From Lepidodermella squamata (taxonomy: Eukaryota; Animalia; Gastrotricha), in the NCBI GenBank assembly GCA_047495785.1, contig JBLDXI010000011.1, positions 1,054,001 through 1,118,000 on the forward strand: a stretch of 64,000 nucleotides of DNA. Direction: 5' to 3'. Positions 12,043 to 22,877 of this stretch are shown piece after piece (the first letter of the stretch is position 1; each line of letters opens with the position of its first letter). Both the position numbers and the translations under genes were made by a program. Below the pieces are notes generated by a model that saw nothing but the letters and a program-made list of their open reading frames with translations, ran no database searches and was not told the origin of the DNA.

Positions 12043-12583
12043 AGATTCATTTTTATAACGTAGTCGATGGAAGTTACGGCCCGCAAACCCACTCACAATT
12101 AGATTGACGATTTTGGTGAAAGAGTGAGAATCGGACGAATGTGCAGGTAATTAATTATTCGACGCGACGATTGCGACGCGACGATAGACGCGACGATAGA
12201 CGCGACTTCCATGTTTCGTTGCTCACATAAGAAACTTGACAAATGATTTCAACCTCTACTCCACCTTCTCAGACAAATGAAAATTGGGCGTTGAGCAATA
12301 ACGATTATAAGTAAGTTGTTTCCTTTTCAAACTCCTGTGAATAAAAAGTAGGACCGAAGTCACTTGTCACGTCTAATATTCGATAAATAAGTCATCGTTT
12401 TTGATGGTAATAAAGCGCATTTTTAGCAGAAAGAGCAACTCGTGTCAAAATAAGGAATATAATCACACTTCATATTTCCTTCATGGTGACGATATATCCT
12501 ATTTTTTCTTCACAGCCCGTTGCCGATATTACCATTGCAAACGATTGTTCACATTTTTCGTGATTTTAGGTAAATTTTCTGAA

Positions 12584-13617
12584 ATGACTGACTCAATAGT
12601 AAAAGTGACTATCGGCGAGTCAAAGTGGGCACGTTGCGTTAGAATGAATAGTTCCGCGGAGAACCCTTTAGTATTTTTAAAAACGAAAATCTACCCCGTC
12701 TTCCGCAACATCTTTAAAGCTGACGACTATGGCCTTTTTTGGCATGATGGTGATCATTTCGTCATCATTGATGACGATGATGACCTCCTGCTAGCGTTTC
12801 ACTTGAATCCAGAGCGCCTTCATATATCAGTCTTTTTTGGACGCTATCTCGAGGACCTAATGACGCTACAGCCATCTTTGTCGCAAAAGGTCGAGGACTT
12901 GACGAGAATGATTTCAGGTATTTGTGAATATTTTTATCGAATATATCCTAGATGGAAGTTCCTCTGATTTTCAAATTTTATGCTCAAAAGGAGAAAGTTT
13001 TCAGGACAGATCTTCCTAGTTTAGGTTAAATGTAAGCTGAATTGCTGGAAAAATCGCAAATTTATCCCAGTTTTTCGCAGCGCTAGGGTTCAGATTGTTT
13101 ATGCATATTTCTTTAATTAAATGTCTCTAATTTTGCATAAGAATTACAAACCGAACCTAAGCCGTCGCCGGCCCAGACGCCTTTCAATGCGCCACCTCTG
13201 AGTTTAGGTGCGTCACAGTCTCACCTACCCATTGTCACCGGTACCAGTGGCTCCAGAGCGGCACCGCAGACAGTTGTTGATCGGACTGGGTCACTTTACG
13301 ACAAAGTCAAGGAAGTCCCGCTCCTAAAGGCGGTTGCTAGGACAATGGATGAGCGCCGGGACCTTGGGGAGCCAGGCTACGTCAGGTCAACAACTGAGCA
13401 CTTCCACCAAATACTCAAGGAGATGGGTACTTGCTTCGAAGAGTCCTTTGGGGGACGTACCGTCACTAATGTGATGAGCAAAATGAACCAATACAGGGTA
13501 AGGCAGTCCTAGTCTTGCTGAAGGCGTGGTTGCGAGTTTTTGTGAGGTTTTAAAATGGAATGAGGTGGAAATTACTTTAAATCTTCTTTTATATAACCAA
13601 TTTCTTAGAGGTTTTAA
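12584..13617 (+). CDS. Transposon-borne PB1-domain + short coiled-coil + Myb/SANT-like protein (exons 12584-12917, 13142-13497, 13609-13617)
   Basis: Exon 1 has IVKVT (PB1 beta-1 Lys) and YGLFWHDGDHFVIIDDDDDLLLAF (OPCA-like acidic motif). Exon 2 is open in the expected phase and ends YDKVKEVPLLK...FHQILKEM...GRTVTNVMSKMNQYR (Myb/SANT-like helices). The exon-2 acceptor (AAG) is weak. Confidence 0.55.
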
Positions 13618-14283
13618 AATATCGAGATGGCCGCCATGGAACTTGATGAAACTACTGCTGAGTCTGAGTTGCGCCTAACGCGAAGCGAATGGCTTGAGTT
13701 GGAAAAATCTAAGAAAAAAACATCTAGAAGCTTGAGAGTCAAAGGCCAACGACGAGTTATGGGTAAATTTGTTGGGAAAAAACCTCATCGAATCGGTTTT
13801 CGCCGAAAGTGCCGCTTGTGCGATAAAACATTTTTCGATTCATCCGGTTTGAAAAAACATTTACAATTGTATTGCAAAAAAACAGGCAGCTTAGCTCTTA
13901 CTGAGAAGGAAATTGAAGAATTGATTTATTGGTCAAAAAAAATTATTTTGTCAAACAAAATGAGGCACCCAAGAGGCGATCTAGTATGAAAAATTAGTCG
14001 ATGAGAACTAAAAATGATGCATATTGAACTTGATTATTGTTTATCTTTAGGACTTTATTTTGTCTACCTTAATAATGTCGAGCAATTCTCATTCTGATGT
14101 TAGCGCGACTTGCTCGTCGTGCTTGGGCTCTGCTGTTGGCAATGTATTGAGCAGAATGCTGGACAACCTCTCAGTTGTTTCCGCAACGTCAACGCCTTCT
14201 CAAATGTCGAATATTTCAGAAATTTCGAATGCTGACTATTTGCCTTCATTCATTTGGCCGAAAACTGAAGAAAGTGACGCGAC

Positions 14284-15340
14284 CAGTGTTCCGAGTGCGG
14301 GGGGTACGGGGGTGGCGCGTACCCCCTTGGAGAAGACCCAAAAAGTGGAAGGGGTGCCGCGTACCCCCTAGCAGATTTGTAAAAGGAAATTTTTATGAAA
14401 AAATCTGGCTTCACCATGGGTCAAAATTTGAAATTTTTCATTCTAAATGACAATATTATCAGCTTTCCAAGCGTTCTACGTATAATAATTGGTGTGGCTT
14501 TCGATGACTAAGCGTACAGCGAGAATCCCAAACAACTTGGAGTACCCCAATAAATGTCCGATAATGAGCGTAAAAAGTTAAAAACCAAAATTTGAACGCT
14601 GCGGAATTTTCAAAAACAAATTAGATATTCTGAATCAGCATGAAAAGTTAGGCTAGAGTGCAAATTTGCGCGCGATAACATTGAAAATTGAGGAAGAAAT
14701 GAGACGTTGAAAAAGCGCGCTTATATGTGCGTGACTAGCACGCGCACGTCAACTGCGAGCGCGAGCGAGCGCTTAATGCGTGTACAACCTCGCGCGCGTT
14801 TGCGTGGAAGCTGATTTCGTAGTGCGCGCGCTCACTAAAATGCAAATTTACTTTCCACTATTTCTCCCTCAATTTTGAATGTAATCGCGCGCAAATTTGC
14901 ACCCTAGCCTAACTTTTCATGCTGATTCAGAATATCTAATTTGTTTTTGAAAATTCCGCAGCGTTCAAATTTTGATTTTTAACTTTTTACGTGCCACATT
15001 TTTTACACGATATCTAATGCAAATTTGACGTAATTTCAACAGTTTGTTAGCGATTTATATCAATTTAAACGCAAACTTGGGAAAAATTGCTTTGAAAATC
15101 TAAAATTTTCTTGCTCGCTTCGCTCGCAAACAAGGAGGATGACCTGTGTAATTCCACGTTTCAGTTCAACTAAACACCTGTAAAATTTTTGCACGTTGCC
15201 GATTTCTAATGAAAAATGCGAACTATCTAAATAGTAAGTATAGATGTTAGATGGAAATGCGAGCGAACGAAGTTCGCGAGCGAAATTTTTTTATCACTTT
15301 TTTGCGTACCCCCTAGCACTCAGACCTAGTCGGATCACTG
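14284..15340. mobile_element. hAT-type non-autonomous element (MITE), 1057 bp
   Basis: TIRs CAGTGTTCCG / CGGATCACTG and a perfect 8-bp TSD GACGCGAC (14276-14283, 15341-15348). Removing it restores the transposase frame (ESDAT-LDSSSD). Confidence 0.9.
14569..14991. mobile_element. Palindromic MITE-like segment nested in the hAT MITE
   Basis: About 130-bp near-perfect inverted arms (14569-14700 / 14860-14991) around a CGCG-rich spacer. Confidence 0.7.
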
Positions 15341-17854
15341 GACGCGACCCTAGACTCTTCCTCCGATATAGCTAGAAACTTGAAACCCGGTGAGCCAGAT
15401 CGAAACGTCCTGTTTCCACCGCTTCGGCCATTTTTATTTTATCATTGCAAGTGCCCAAATCGTTGTAAAGACTATTTTCCTCAGCAAAATGTCCGCCGGC
15501 TATATGACGCTTTTCAAAACAGCAATTTAGATGACCGGCGCAGCTTCATAATTCGCCAAGTAATACCTCGACGTGGTCCTTCGAAACACCACACTTTTCA
15601 ATTCGATGGCGCGTTTTCGAACAAGGCTTCGGCCGGCAACATTCGCGTGTGTTCGAAGTTTTTCCACAGCGCCCTTGGCCTTTCCCCGCGCAACTTCGTC
15701 GAGTGGACTTTAAAGAATAAAATTGGCGATCTAGGTTTCGCCAAGCCGGATGAACGAGGTTGTCAGCCCAATCCTAACGCAATCTCAAACGAACAGTTTG
15801 ATCACTGCTGCAGGTAATTCCTTCCGGTCGATTTATGAAAACATTTATTTGCAAATTATTACAGATTCATTGATAGCTATGAGCGTGCACCCGGTCATTA
15901 TGTCCGAAAAAATTCCAGAAAAGTTTATATCCAAGGAGACATAACGCAGCGAGAAATGTTCGATGCATATTTGAGGCACTTTTCAACTCTCTCAGCGGGC
16001 CTATACCCACTTGGCTTCTCTTCCTTCAAACGGGTTTTACGCGAAGCCTACCCCGAACTGTCTTTGAAATTAACCAAGAAAGACAAGTGTTGCAAATGCA
16101 GAAAATTTAGATTGCGGCTACGCGAAAACAGAGTTGACGAGAGGCGCAAATCTATCTTCCAGGTGCATTTATACATGAAGAACGCTGCTAGGCGAGCTTG
16201 CAAGGCCGATACGAAAATGGCCCAAGAGAAATCGGAGGTTGTCGTGATACAGCTAGACTATGAAAAAGCATTGTTAAGCCCGGCTATTTCCGATGCAAAC
16301 TATCACTACAGGAAAATGAAAACTTGGAATTGCGGTATTTTTGCGATGTTTATATATATTTTAAATATATATTATATCTGTTGCAGTGATTTATGAAATG
16401 GTGTCTAAGAATGCGTTTTGCTTCATGTCCGATGACATTGACCTTGAACACCCTGACGGTAGCTCCGCTGGATCTGCGTTATATGCCTATATAACCAAGT
16501 ATTTACCGGTTCACCATCCGAACTGCCGTACGCTGATCATATATAGTGACAACGGCACAGGGAACCACAGCAGCTACTTCGCAAACGCCATCATGTTCGC
16601 ATTGGAAAACACAACGTCACAGCTCCAATCGGTCCATCACAAATTTTTCCAAGCTAATCATACAATGATGGTCGTTGACCATTGTCATTCGTAATTTATG
16701 AATAGAAAATTGGCCGTTTTTCAACTTTTCAATTTTGTCAGATTGATTGAGCGAAGAGGCAGCCGGCATTCCATCAATTTCCCTACAGACTGGCGAGAAG
16801 TCGCCCGAATTTGTCGCCCTGAACAACCATTTTTCATTCACGATTTGTCTTGGGATGAGCTCCTGGATTTCCACGGCGAGCCAAGCTTCACATCAAAGCT
16901 TCGGAAGCCAAAAAACTGGAGAATGAGCAACAACCTCAACTGTGACCTTTTCGGGATTGGAACCAAGCCTAGCACAAAAAGCGATTATTTACCATGGTCG
17001 GAAGGCGTTTGGTTCAGATATCGAAAGGGGACGAAAGCTGTCTTTGTTCGAGACGGCTACGAAGCGAAATGGCCTTGGAAGATGTACAGTCTATCGAAAA
17101 ATTCGCTCAAAAAAGTACCAGTAGGAATTCCCCCGAAACTGAGAAAGTCCCCTCTTCCACTCCCTTACCCTTTGATGGCTGACATGCTTGAGATGCTGAA
17201 GAACGAAATTATACCGAGGTCATATACCGAGAAGATTCTTGATCTTCCTTATCAGCCGTGGAATGGCAAACAATCCGACAAGCGTGCAATATTTGAGAGC
17301 TTCAATGTTAGAAAAAATTCAGTGCCTTATGATTCAGATTTTGATGATTGAATAAAAGATACCTAATTTCTATATTTGTATGATATAACATGAGTAGGAA
17401 TCTATATTTGAGTGAAGCACGAAATATAGATCGAGTAAAGCGAATGAAACGAGTGAAATCGAGGCGGAGCGAGCCGGTAGGCGAGCGGAGACGAGATTTC
17501 ACGAGGTGAATTAGTCGAACCTAATCACTAATCAGTCAATCAAATTACGTAATAGATAAAACCGCCGAATAACCACTATACTTTGCGTTCACTTGCTGAC
17601 GAAATATCGCGAAAAATGGGAATTAAAATTTGAGTAAACATTTGGATCGAAAATAATTGGTGGCATCCGCTAAGCTATAAGTCTAAGGTCTTCGCATCTG
17701 CAACTGCAGGGATCTGAAGCTGAACTGAAGGGATCTGAAGCTGAAAACTGCTATCCCGATCAAGATAAATAAACTTTACCAAAGAATACGGCACAGACCA
17801 TATACCGTACTTGAAGTGCGACATCGTCTTCTGTATTTCGCATGTACACTATCT

Positions 17855-18006
17855 TCTCTCCTGTACTTGAAGTACAGTATCTCTCCTGTACTTGAAGTAC
17901 AGTATCTCTCCTGTACTTGAAGTACAGTATCTCTCCTGTACTTGAAGTACAGTATCTCTCCTGTACTTGAAGTACAGTATCTCTCCTGTACTTGAAGTAC
18001 AGTATT
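17855..18006. repeat. 25-bp minisatellite, about 6 copies (CTGTACTTGAAGTACAGTATCTCTC)
   Basis: Perfect tandem copies at 17861, 17886, 17911, 17936, 17961 and 17986 (last partial). Each contains the palindrome CTGTAC-n5-GTACAG. Confidence 0.95.
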
Positions 18007-18490
18007 TGAGCCGTATGCATGAGTACTGCCCGATCACTACAGTACTAAGCAGTACGGTCAGGCGTGCCGTACTGGGGTGTACAGCTAATTTCAGCTGTAC
18101 AGCGAGTACAGCGCGCCGACTGTACTTTATTTTACAGTCGGTTTGAGCAGTACTGCTGTTTTACAGAGCCATGGACTGTACATTTCGGTACTGCTGAACA
18201 AAAAAAATAAGCAAAGTGCTGGTTCTTCCGCGACACGAACGATCCGAAGAAATTCACTTTCAGCAGCCTCTGAAAATGAGTCTCTTATATTTGCGCCGGT
18301 CTGCATTTTAGCCATGAATTAGCCAAGTCGACGGTTATTTTGTTTCGCAGCGGCATGAATGCGACTCCCTCGTTTATTTCTGAATCGACCAATAGCGTGC
18401 GAGCAAATAATTGTTAGAGAAAACTAGCCTTTCACAGTGGTTTAGTTGCCGGAGGAAACCACCGCGGATCCGTAAATGTGCGTTGTAAAC

Positions 18491-18611
18491 AAGAGCTGTT
18501 TATAAACCCCCAGAAATTCCCCTTCTGGGAGGCACGTTAGATAGTTAATAAAAGTAATTAGTTTGCTAAGTTAGTCTTTTTCAACCGCTACATTTTGGTG
18601 GCCACTGGGGG
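18491..18611 (+). mobile_element. 3' part of the short LTR plus primer-binding site
   Basis: TATAAA (~18501), AATAAA (~18547), terminal CTACA at 18592, then TTT-TGGTGGCCACTGGGGG (tRNA 3'-complementary TGG start). Confidence 0.55.
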
Positions 18612-18650
18612 CCCGGCCTTCGTTCGACTGCACTATGGAATCGTGTCGGT

Positions 18651-19196
18651 ATGGACTACGGTTATGCTAGCCAACCAAGCGGGCCCGTGTACTGCTACGG
18701 CTCTATCGACGCTCCCGTCGAGCCCTGTCTATCCCGTGTCGACGACAGTCAACGTTGGAGGAAGAGGCGTCGCCCTGATTGGTGGAAACCAGATATCCTG
18801 GCTCAGCTACAAGAAGAAGACCCTGCTTACCGCTTAGTTCTTTCACTTTTGAAAATTAACAACTTTGAACACATCGATTATTTAGCAGCTCACTCCACTC
18901 ACTGGGCCGAAGTCGTTGTCGCGCAATCAGCTGATGACATGTTCCAAGCCGACGATGGCATCTCGTTTATCACGGTTCATGACCGATTGATACCCCGAGC
19001 CTGCCTGCTGGTTCCTGATCGACTCAAATTCGAGGTCTGGTCTCGACACCACGTCACTTCGAACGGTCGACATCTCGACGCACGCAAAGCGACAAGCCGC
19101 GTTCGCACTCGCTATAGGTACCCGCTAATGTACAGTGACATCCGTCGCCGTTGTCAAGCATGTCAGAAATGCTGCGAAAGTTTCGTTTCGTTTTAA
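18651..19196 (+). pseudogene. Gypsy-type integrase zinc-binding (H2C2) domain fragment
   Basis: LAQLQEEDP...LLVPDRLKFEVWSRHH...GRHLDARKAT.R.R.RYRYPLMYSDIRRRCQACQKC. The 3' end runs into the tandem array at ~19187. Confidence 0.7.
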
Positions 19197-19249
19197 AGAC
19201 TATTCTTAGCATTAACGGCTGTTTTAGGTCACATTTTGAATGATTAGCA

Positions 19250-20048
19250 CTAGGAATTGTTTCCTGTGCATTTTTCGACTGTTAGTCCGTAGACACTGAC
19301 AGTTGAGGTTGCCGGCACCGCGCTCGCTGGAGTAGAGCCGAGAGCCTGGCAACAGGCGCCGTAATTGGCAAAAGAATAGGTTGTGGGCGAAACCTTGATT
19401 GTCTGTTCAAAGTTTCCCGGTCATACAGAGCTGTATTGTAAATTGCATATTATGATCTTACCACACCGCTTGTTAGAAGGACGTCAGATGAACCACCAGC
19501 TGTATGCGGAAAACGGACGCAGTTGCCGGTCGTGGCCGTGGCAGATGTCCTAGTAACCAGATAGGGCGTCGAGGAAGCGGCACCGATGCAAACCGTTGCA
19601 TAGGCTACCGGCGGGCCCGTGATAACAACTTGCTCGTATTTAATGTTAGCTGTAGTTGGAGTTGTCGCGGCACAGCATAGGGCAAAGGTAGTGTACGTGT
19701 TCGGGGTTGGTGTTACTTGCTGAAAAGCAATTGATAAGTCAAAGAGATGTCGCTATCAGGTTTTCCATACTGTTGCGCCAGTTAATTGGGTACAGGCTCC
19801 CGCGTTATCGATGCAGAATTTCAAATTCGTCTGGCTGGTACCCGACCCGCCTTGGGTCGTTATTTGGCAAAGATTGTAGACGGGCTAGATAATACGATTG
19901 AAATTAATGTTTCACAACAACGACATCCTGTTGGGGTAAGAGCTAGAACTAGACATCTAATCCGCCATGGCACAAATAATGAATGCGAAATAAATTACAG
20001 TTGTTAAGCAGCTTTTAGTGCTATCGGTACACGCCTGGGTTGAGGTAA
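19250..20048 (-). pseudogene. 5'-truncated copy of the secreted-protein gene (lacks start codon and signal peptide)
   Basis: Exons 2-4 are intact. Exon 1 is cut at ...TGAGGTAA|ATTATTAATTGG, a deletion junction with AA microhomology. Confidence 0.85.
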
Positions 20049-20239
20049 ATTATTAATTGGATCCTGCTCCTCCCTTCAGTCGTAGTAGGAGCGCCGGGTG
20101 AAACCCAGAACTAGAAATAACGTACATGTAAACGTTACCCCATTTATATCTGAAAAATTGTAAAATGATGTGTAGAATACGAACAAAATCGGGGGAAGTT
20201 GAAATAACATTGTGTGACCACTTAAAAGTCCGATCCAAT

Positions 20240-20473
20240 GCGCACGCTGATTGGTCAATCGATCGTTGCTATGACTCCCGGATGAAACGTTCTGCTGTGC
20301 GATGCTTAAGATTTTTTGCAACAAGTGTTTTTTGCCGCAGCAATTTGCCACGATTAATATGGAGTTTAAGGTCATTTTTTCATAAATATAAAATAATTTA
20401 TTAGTGGATCGCACGACGGAAATGTTTCATTCCGGAGTCATTAGCAACGATAAATTGACCAATCAGCGTGCGC
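20240..20473. mobile_element. MITE with ~50-bp imperfect TIRs, repeated in every array unit
   Basis: GCGCACGCTGATTGGTCAAT..CGTTGCTATGACTCC / GGAGTCATTAGCAACG..ATTGACCAATCAGCGTGCGC. Same core as the MITE at 43708-44010. Confidence 0.7.
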
Positions 20474-21039
20474 GCCAAGGTTCAACTTACCAGTGGTTCC
20501 ACAATGTAAGGAAAAGGATGTAGTTGTTTGTTCTGAAGATTTAACCGTGATATCGGATCAATTTTCCATTGCATCCAAAGCGTTTGTGCAGAGTGCGCAC
20601 TGTGGCAGGTTTTGCTTCCGCAATAATCATGCTAGTACCGTCAATAAAAGTAGCTTGAACCGGTTCGAAGTATATCATTTGAAACAGCATACAAGTACTG
20701 CCAAGAATGCTCATTACGCCGCAACTCGATATTTTGCGATATTTTAGCCTACGACGCTATGAAGCTATTAACCTGCAAAGCCGAAGTTTCCAAAATGTTT
20801 AAATTTATCCGGCGTTACATTATTCAAAATATTTTTATTTGCAATCGTTGCTTTCAACAAATCAATGTAACATATTTCCTGTTCAACAACGGAATGCGAC
20901 AATTTTTGTAATCAAATGATAAGATGGGCAAAGGCTTCGTCACAAAAAGCATATTTGCATTCGATCTTATCATTTGTTCGTTTTAAAGACTATTCTTAGC
21001 ATTAACGGCTGTTTTAGGTCACATTTTGAATGATTAGCA

Positions 21040-21998
21040 CTAGGAATTGTTTCCTGTGCATTTTTCGACTGTTAGTCCGTAGACACTGACAGTTGAGGTT
21101 GCCGGCACCGCGCTCGCTGGAGTAGAGCCGAGAGCCTGGCAACAGGCGCCGTAATTGGCAAAAGAATAGGTTGTGGGCGAAACCTTGATTGTCTGTTCAA
21201 AGTTTCCCGGTCATACAGAGCTGTATTGTAAATTGCATATTATGATCTTACCACACCGCTTGTTAGAAGGACGTCAGATGAACCACCAGCTGTATGCGGA
21301 AAACGGACGCAGTTGCCGGTCGTGGCCGTGGCAGATGTCCCAGTAACCAGATAGGGCGTCGAGGAAGCGGCACCGATGCAAACCGTTGCATAGGCTACCG
21401 GCGGGCCCGTGATAACAACTTGCTCGTATTTAATGTTAGCTGTAGTTGGAGTTGTCGCGGCACAGCATAGGGCAAAGGTAGTGTACGTGTTCGGGGTTGG
21501 TGTTACTTGCTGAAAAGCAATTGATAAGTCAAAGAGATGTCGCTATCAGGTTTTCCATACTGTTGCGCCAGTTAATTGGGTACAGGCTCCCGCGTTATCG
21601 ATGCAGAATTTCAAATTCGTCTGGCTGGTACCCGACCCGCCTTGGGTCGTTATTTGGCAAAGATTGTAGACGGGCTAGATAATACGATTGAAATTAATGT
21701 TTCACAACAACGACATCCTGTTGGGGTAAGAGCTAGAACTAGACATCTAATCCGCCATGGCACAAATAATGAATGCGAAATAAATTACAGTTGTTAAGCA
21801 GCTTTTAGTGCTATCGGTACACGCCTGGGTTGAGGTAACGCATTGATTCGGTGATGAACAGCTTGAACTTGACGACGAACAGGACTGACCAGACGGGCAA
21901 GACGACGAGCCGGTCGGGCAAGGTGTCGAAGTCGATGCTGGGCATGCGTTTGCGGCTGCAATAACAGCTAAGAGAGCTGTGAATCGCGAGAGGATCAT
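21040..21998 (-). CDS. Secreted Cys/Thr-rich protein, array copy 1 (intact, 244 aa)
   Basis: Same 4-exon structure as 627-1580; signal peptide MILSRFTALLAVIAAANA; TAG at 21042-21040. Confidence 0.85.
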
Positions 21999-22877
21999 TT
22001 TATATTGAGAGCTACGTCAATTCCAATAACGATAGATTGAAGTTTAGAGGGTATACACTAGCGCTTTGAATAATATGGTGGTTTTAACAGCTAACACATC
22101 CCGGCTGCGACTGATATATTCCAACCGGTATTGGACAGGACACGATGCATACTGCAAAGAAACCGAGCGATGCCTTATTTTATCCAAAGCAAATAGCTGT
22201 AAAGCGTCTTTCCTATTCTGAAATGAATATCCCCTGATTTGTAGCTGATAAATAGCCGCGGACTTTCCAGCTAGCAGTATCACGTTGTGACGATGCGAGT
22301 AGTGTTGACAGGATGGAATGTCCGCACGTTACTCAAGCGTCGCACTTTGTCCACCTCTTTGATAAATTTCGGTAAGAATTTCCTTTTTCTATGCAACTTT
22401 TCTCGATTGGCGAAAAACTTGCAACGTTAATGATGGCTTCGGTTACTGCTATGTGGGGGAAACGCTATGCTGATGATACTGTACCCAGTACGTCATTAGC
22501 GAAATCACCCAAGGTACTGGTGAAAGCTTTGGTCATATTCTTTCATCAATATAAAACTTTATTGATGGAACATGAAATGCGATTGATTCTATGATTGAAC
22601 ATAAATATAAATTATCGCACTTTCGCTATATCGGGATTTCAGGAAATCGTAAAATTAAACTAAACTACGACATCGGGATAACCCTAGCCGAATCTTGATT
22701 AAGGATCGCACATGATCGCGCATTATCTCAAATTGCATCGATGTGCGATTGACGAGACTATAAAAAAGATAGATACGCATGCAAGCAGAATGAATTAATT
22801 TCTGCTGCAGAAATCGATGCTCATTCGCATCGAAATCTCTCCGCTTAAAAGCGTACAAAGCATACACTCTTTCACGG

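Larger units (their letters stand above)
13627..17351 (+). pseudogene. Spliced DDE-type transposase, Sola1-like, with N-terminal C2H2-like finger; interrupted by a MITE
   Basis: Exons 13627-13983, 14051-14283+15349-15813, 15865-16334, 16387-16690 and 16742-17351 join in frame. Motifs: CRLCDKTFFDSSGLKKH, CKCPNRC, IRVCSKFF, GHYVRKNSRKVYI, KKDKCCKC, LDYEKALLSP, YRKMKTWN, IYSDNGTGN, HKFFQANHTMMVVDHCHSLIE. Confidence 0.75.
10619..18481 (+). mobile_element. Long-TIR DNA transposon (7.86 kb) with a Sola1-like transposase and a PB1/Myb-like module
   Basis: Ends GCACATTTACGGATCCGCGGTGGTTTCCTCCGGC and its exact reverse complement. Imperfect inversion continues ~240 bp, with a second arm at 11733-11762 / 18213-18241. 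Flanked by the direct repeat GTTGTAAAC (10610-10618, 18482-18490). Confidence 0.85.

Noticed and set aside
12160-12206. GACGCGAC-containing short repeats identical to the hAT MITE TSD (similar TGTCGC repeats at 2032-2079)
   Set aside because: These are low-complexity short repeats. The match to the 8-bp TSD is plausibly coincidental and no function can be supported.
17855-18006. Palindromic 25-bp repeats resembling a CRISPR array
   Set aside because: The units are directly adjacent with no unique spacers, there are no cas genes, and the context is eukaryotic. It is a minisatellite.
22469-22504. CTGATGA...GAAA in every array unit as a possible hammerhead
   Set aside because: GCTGATGA pairs with the downstream TCATTAGC in a simple hairpin, GAAA does not follow stem II directly, and no stem I or III can be drawn.
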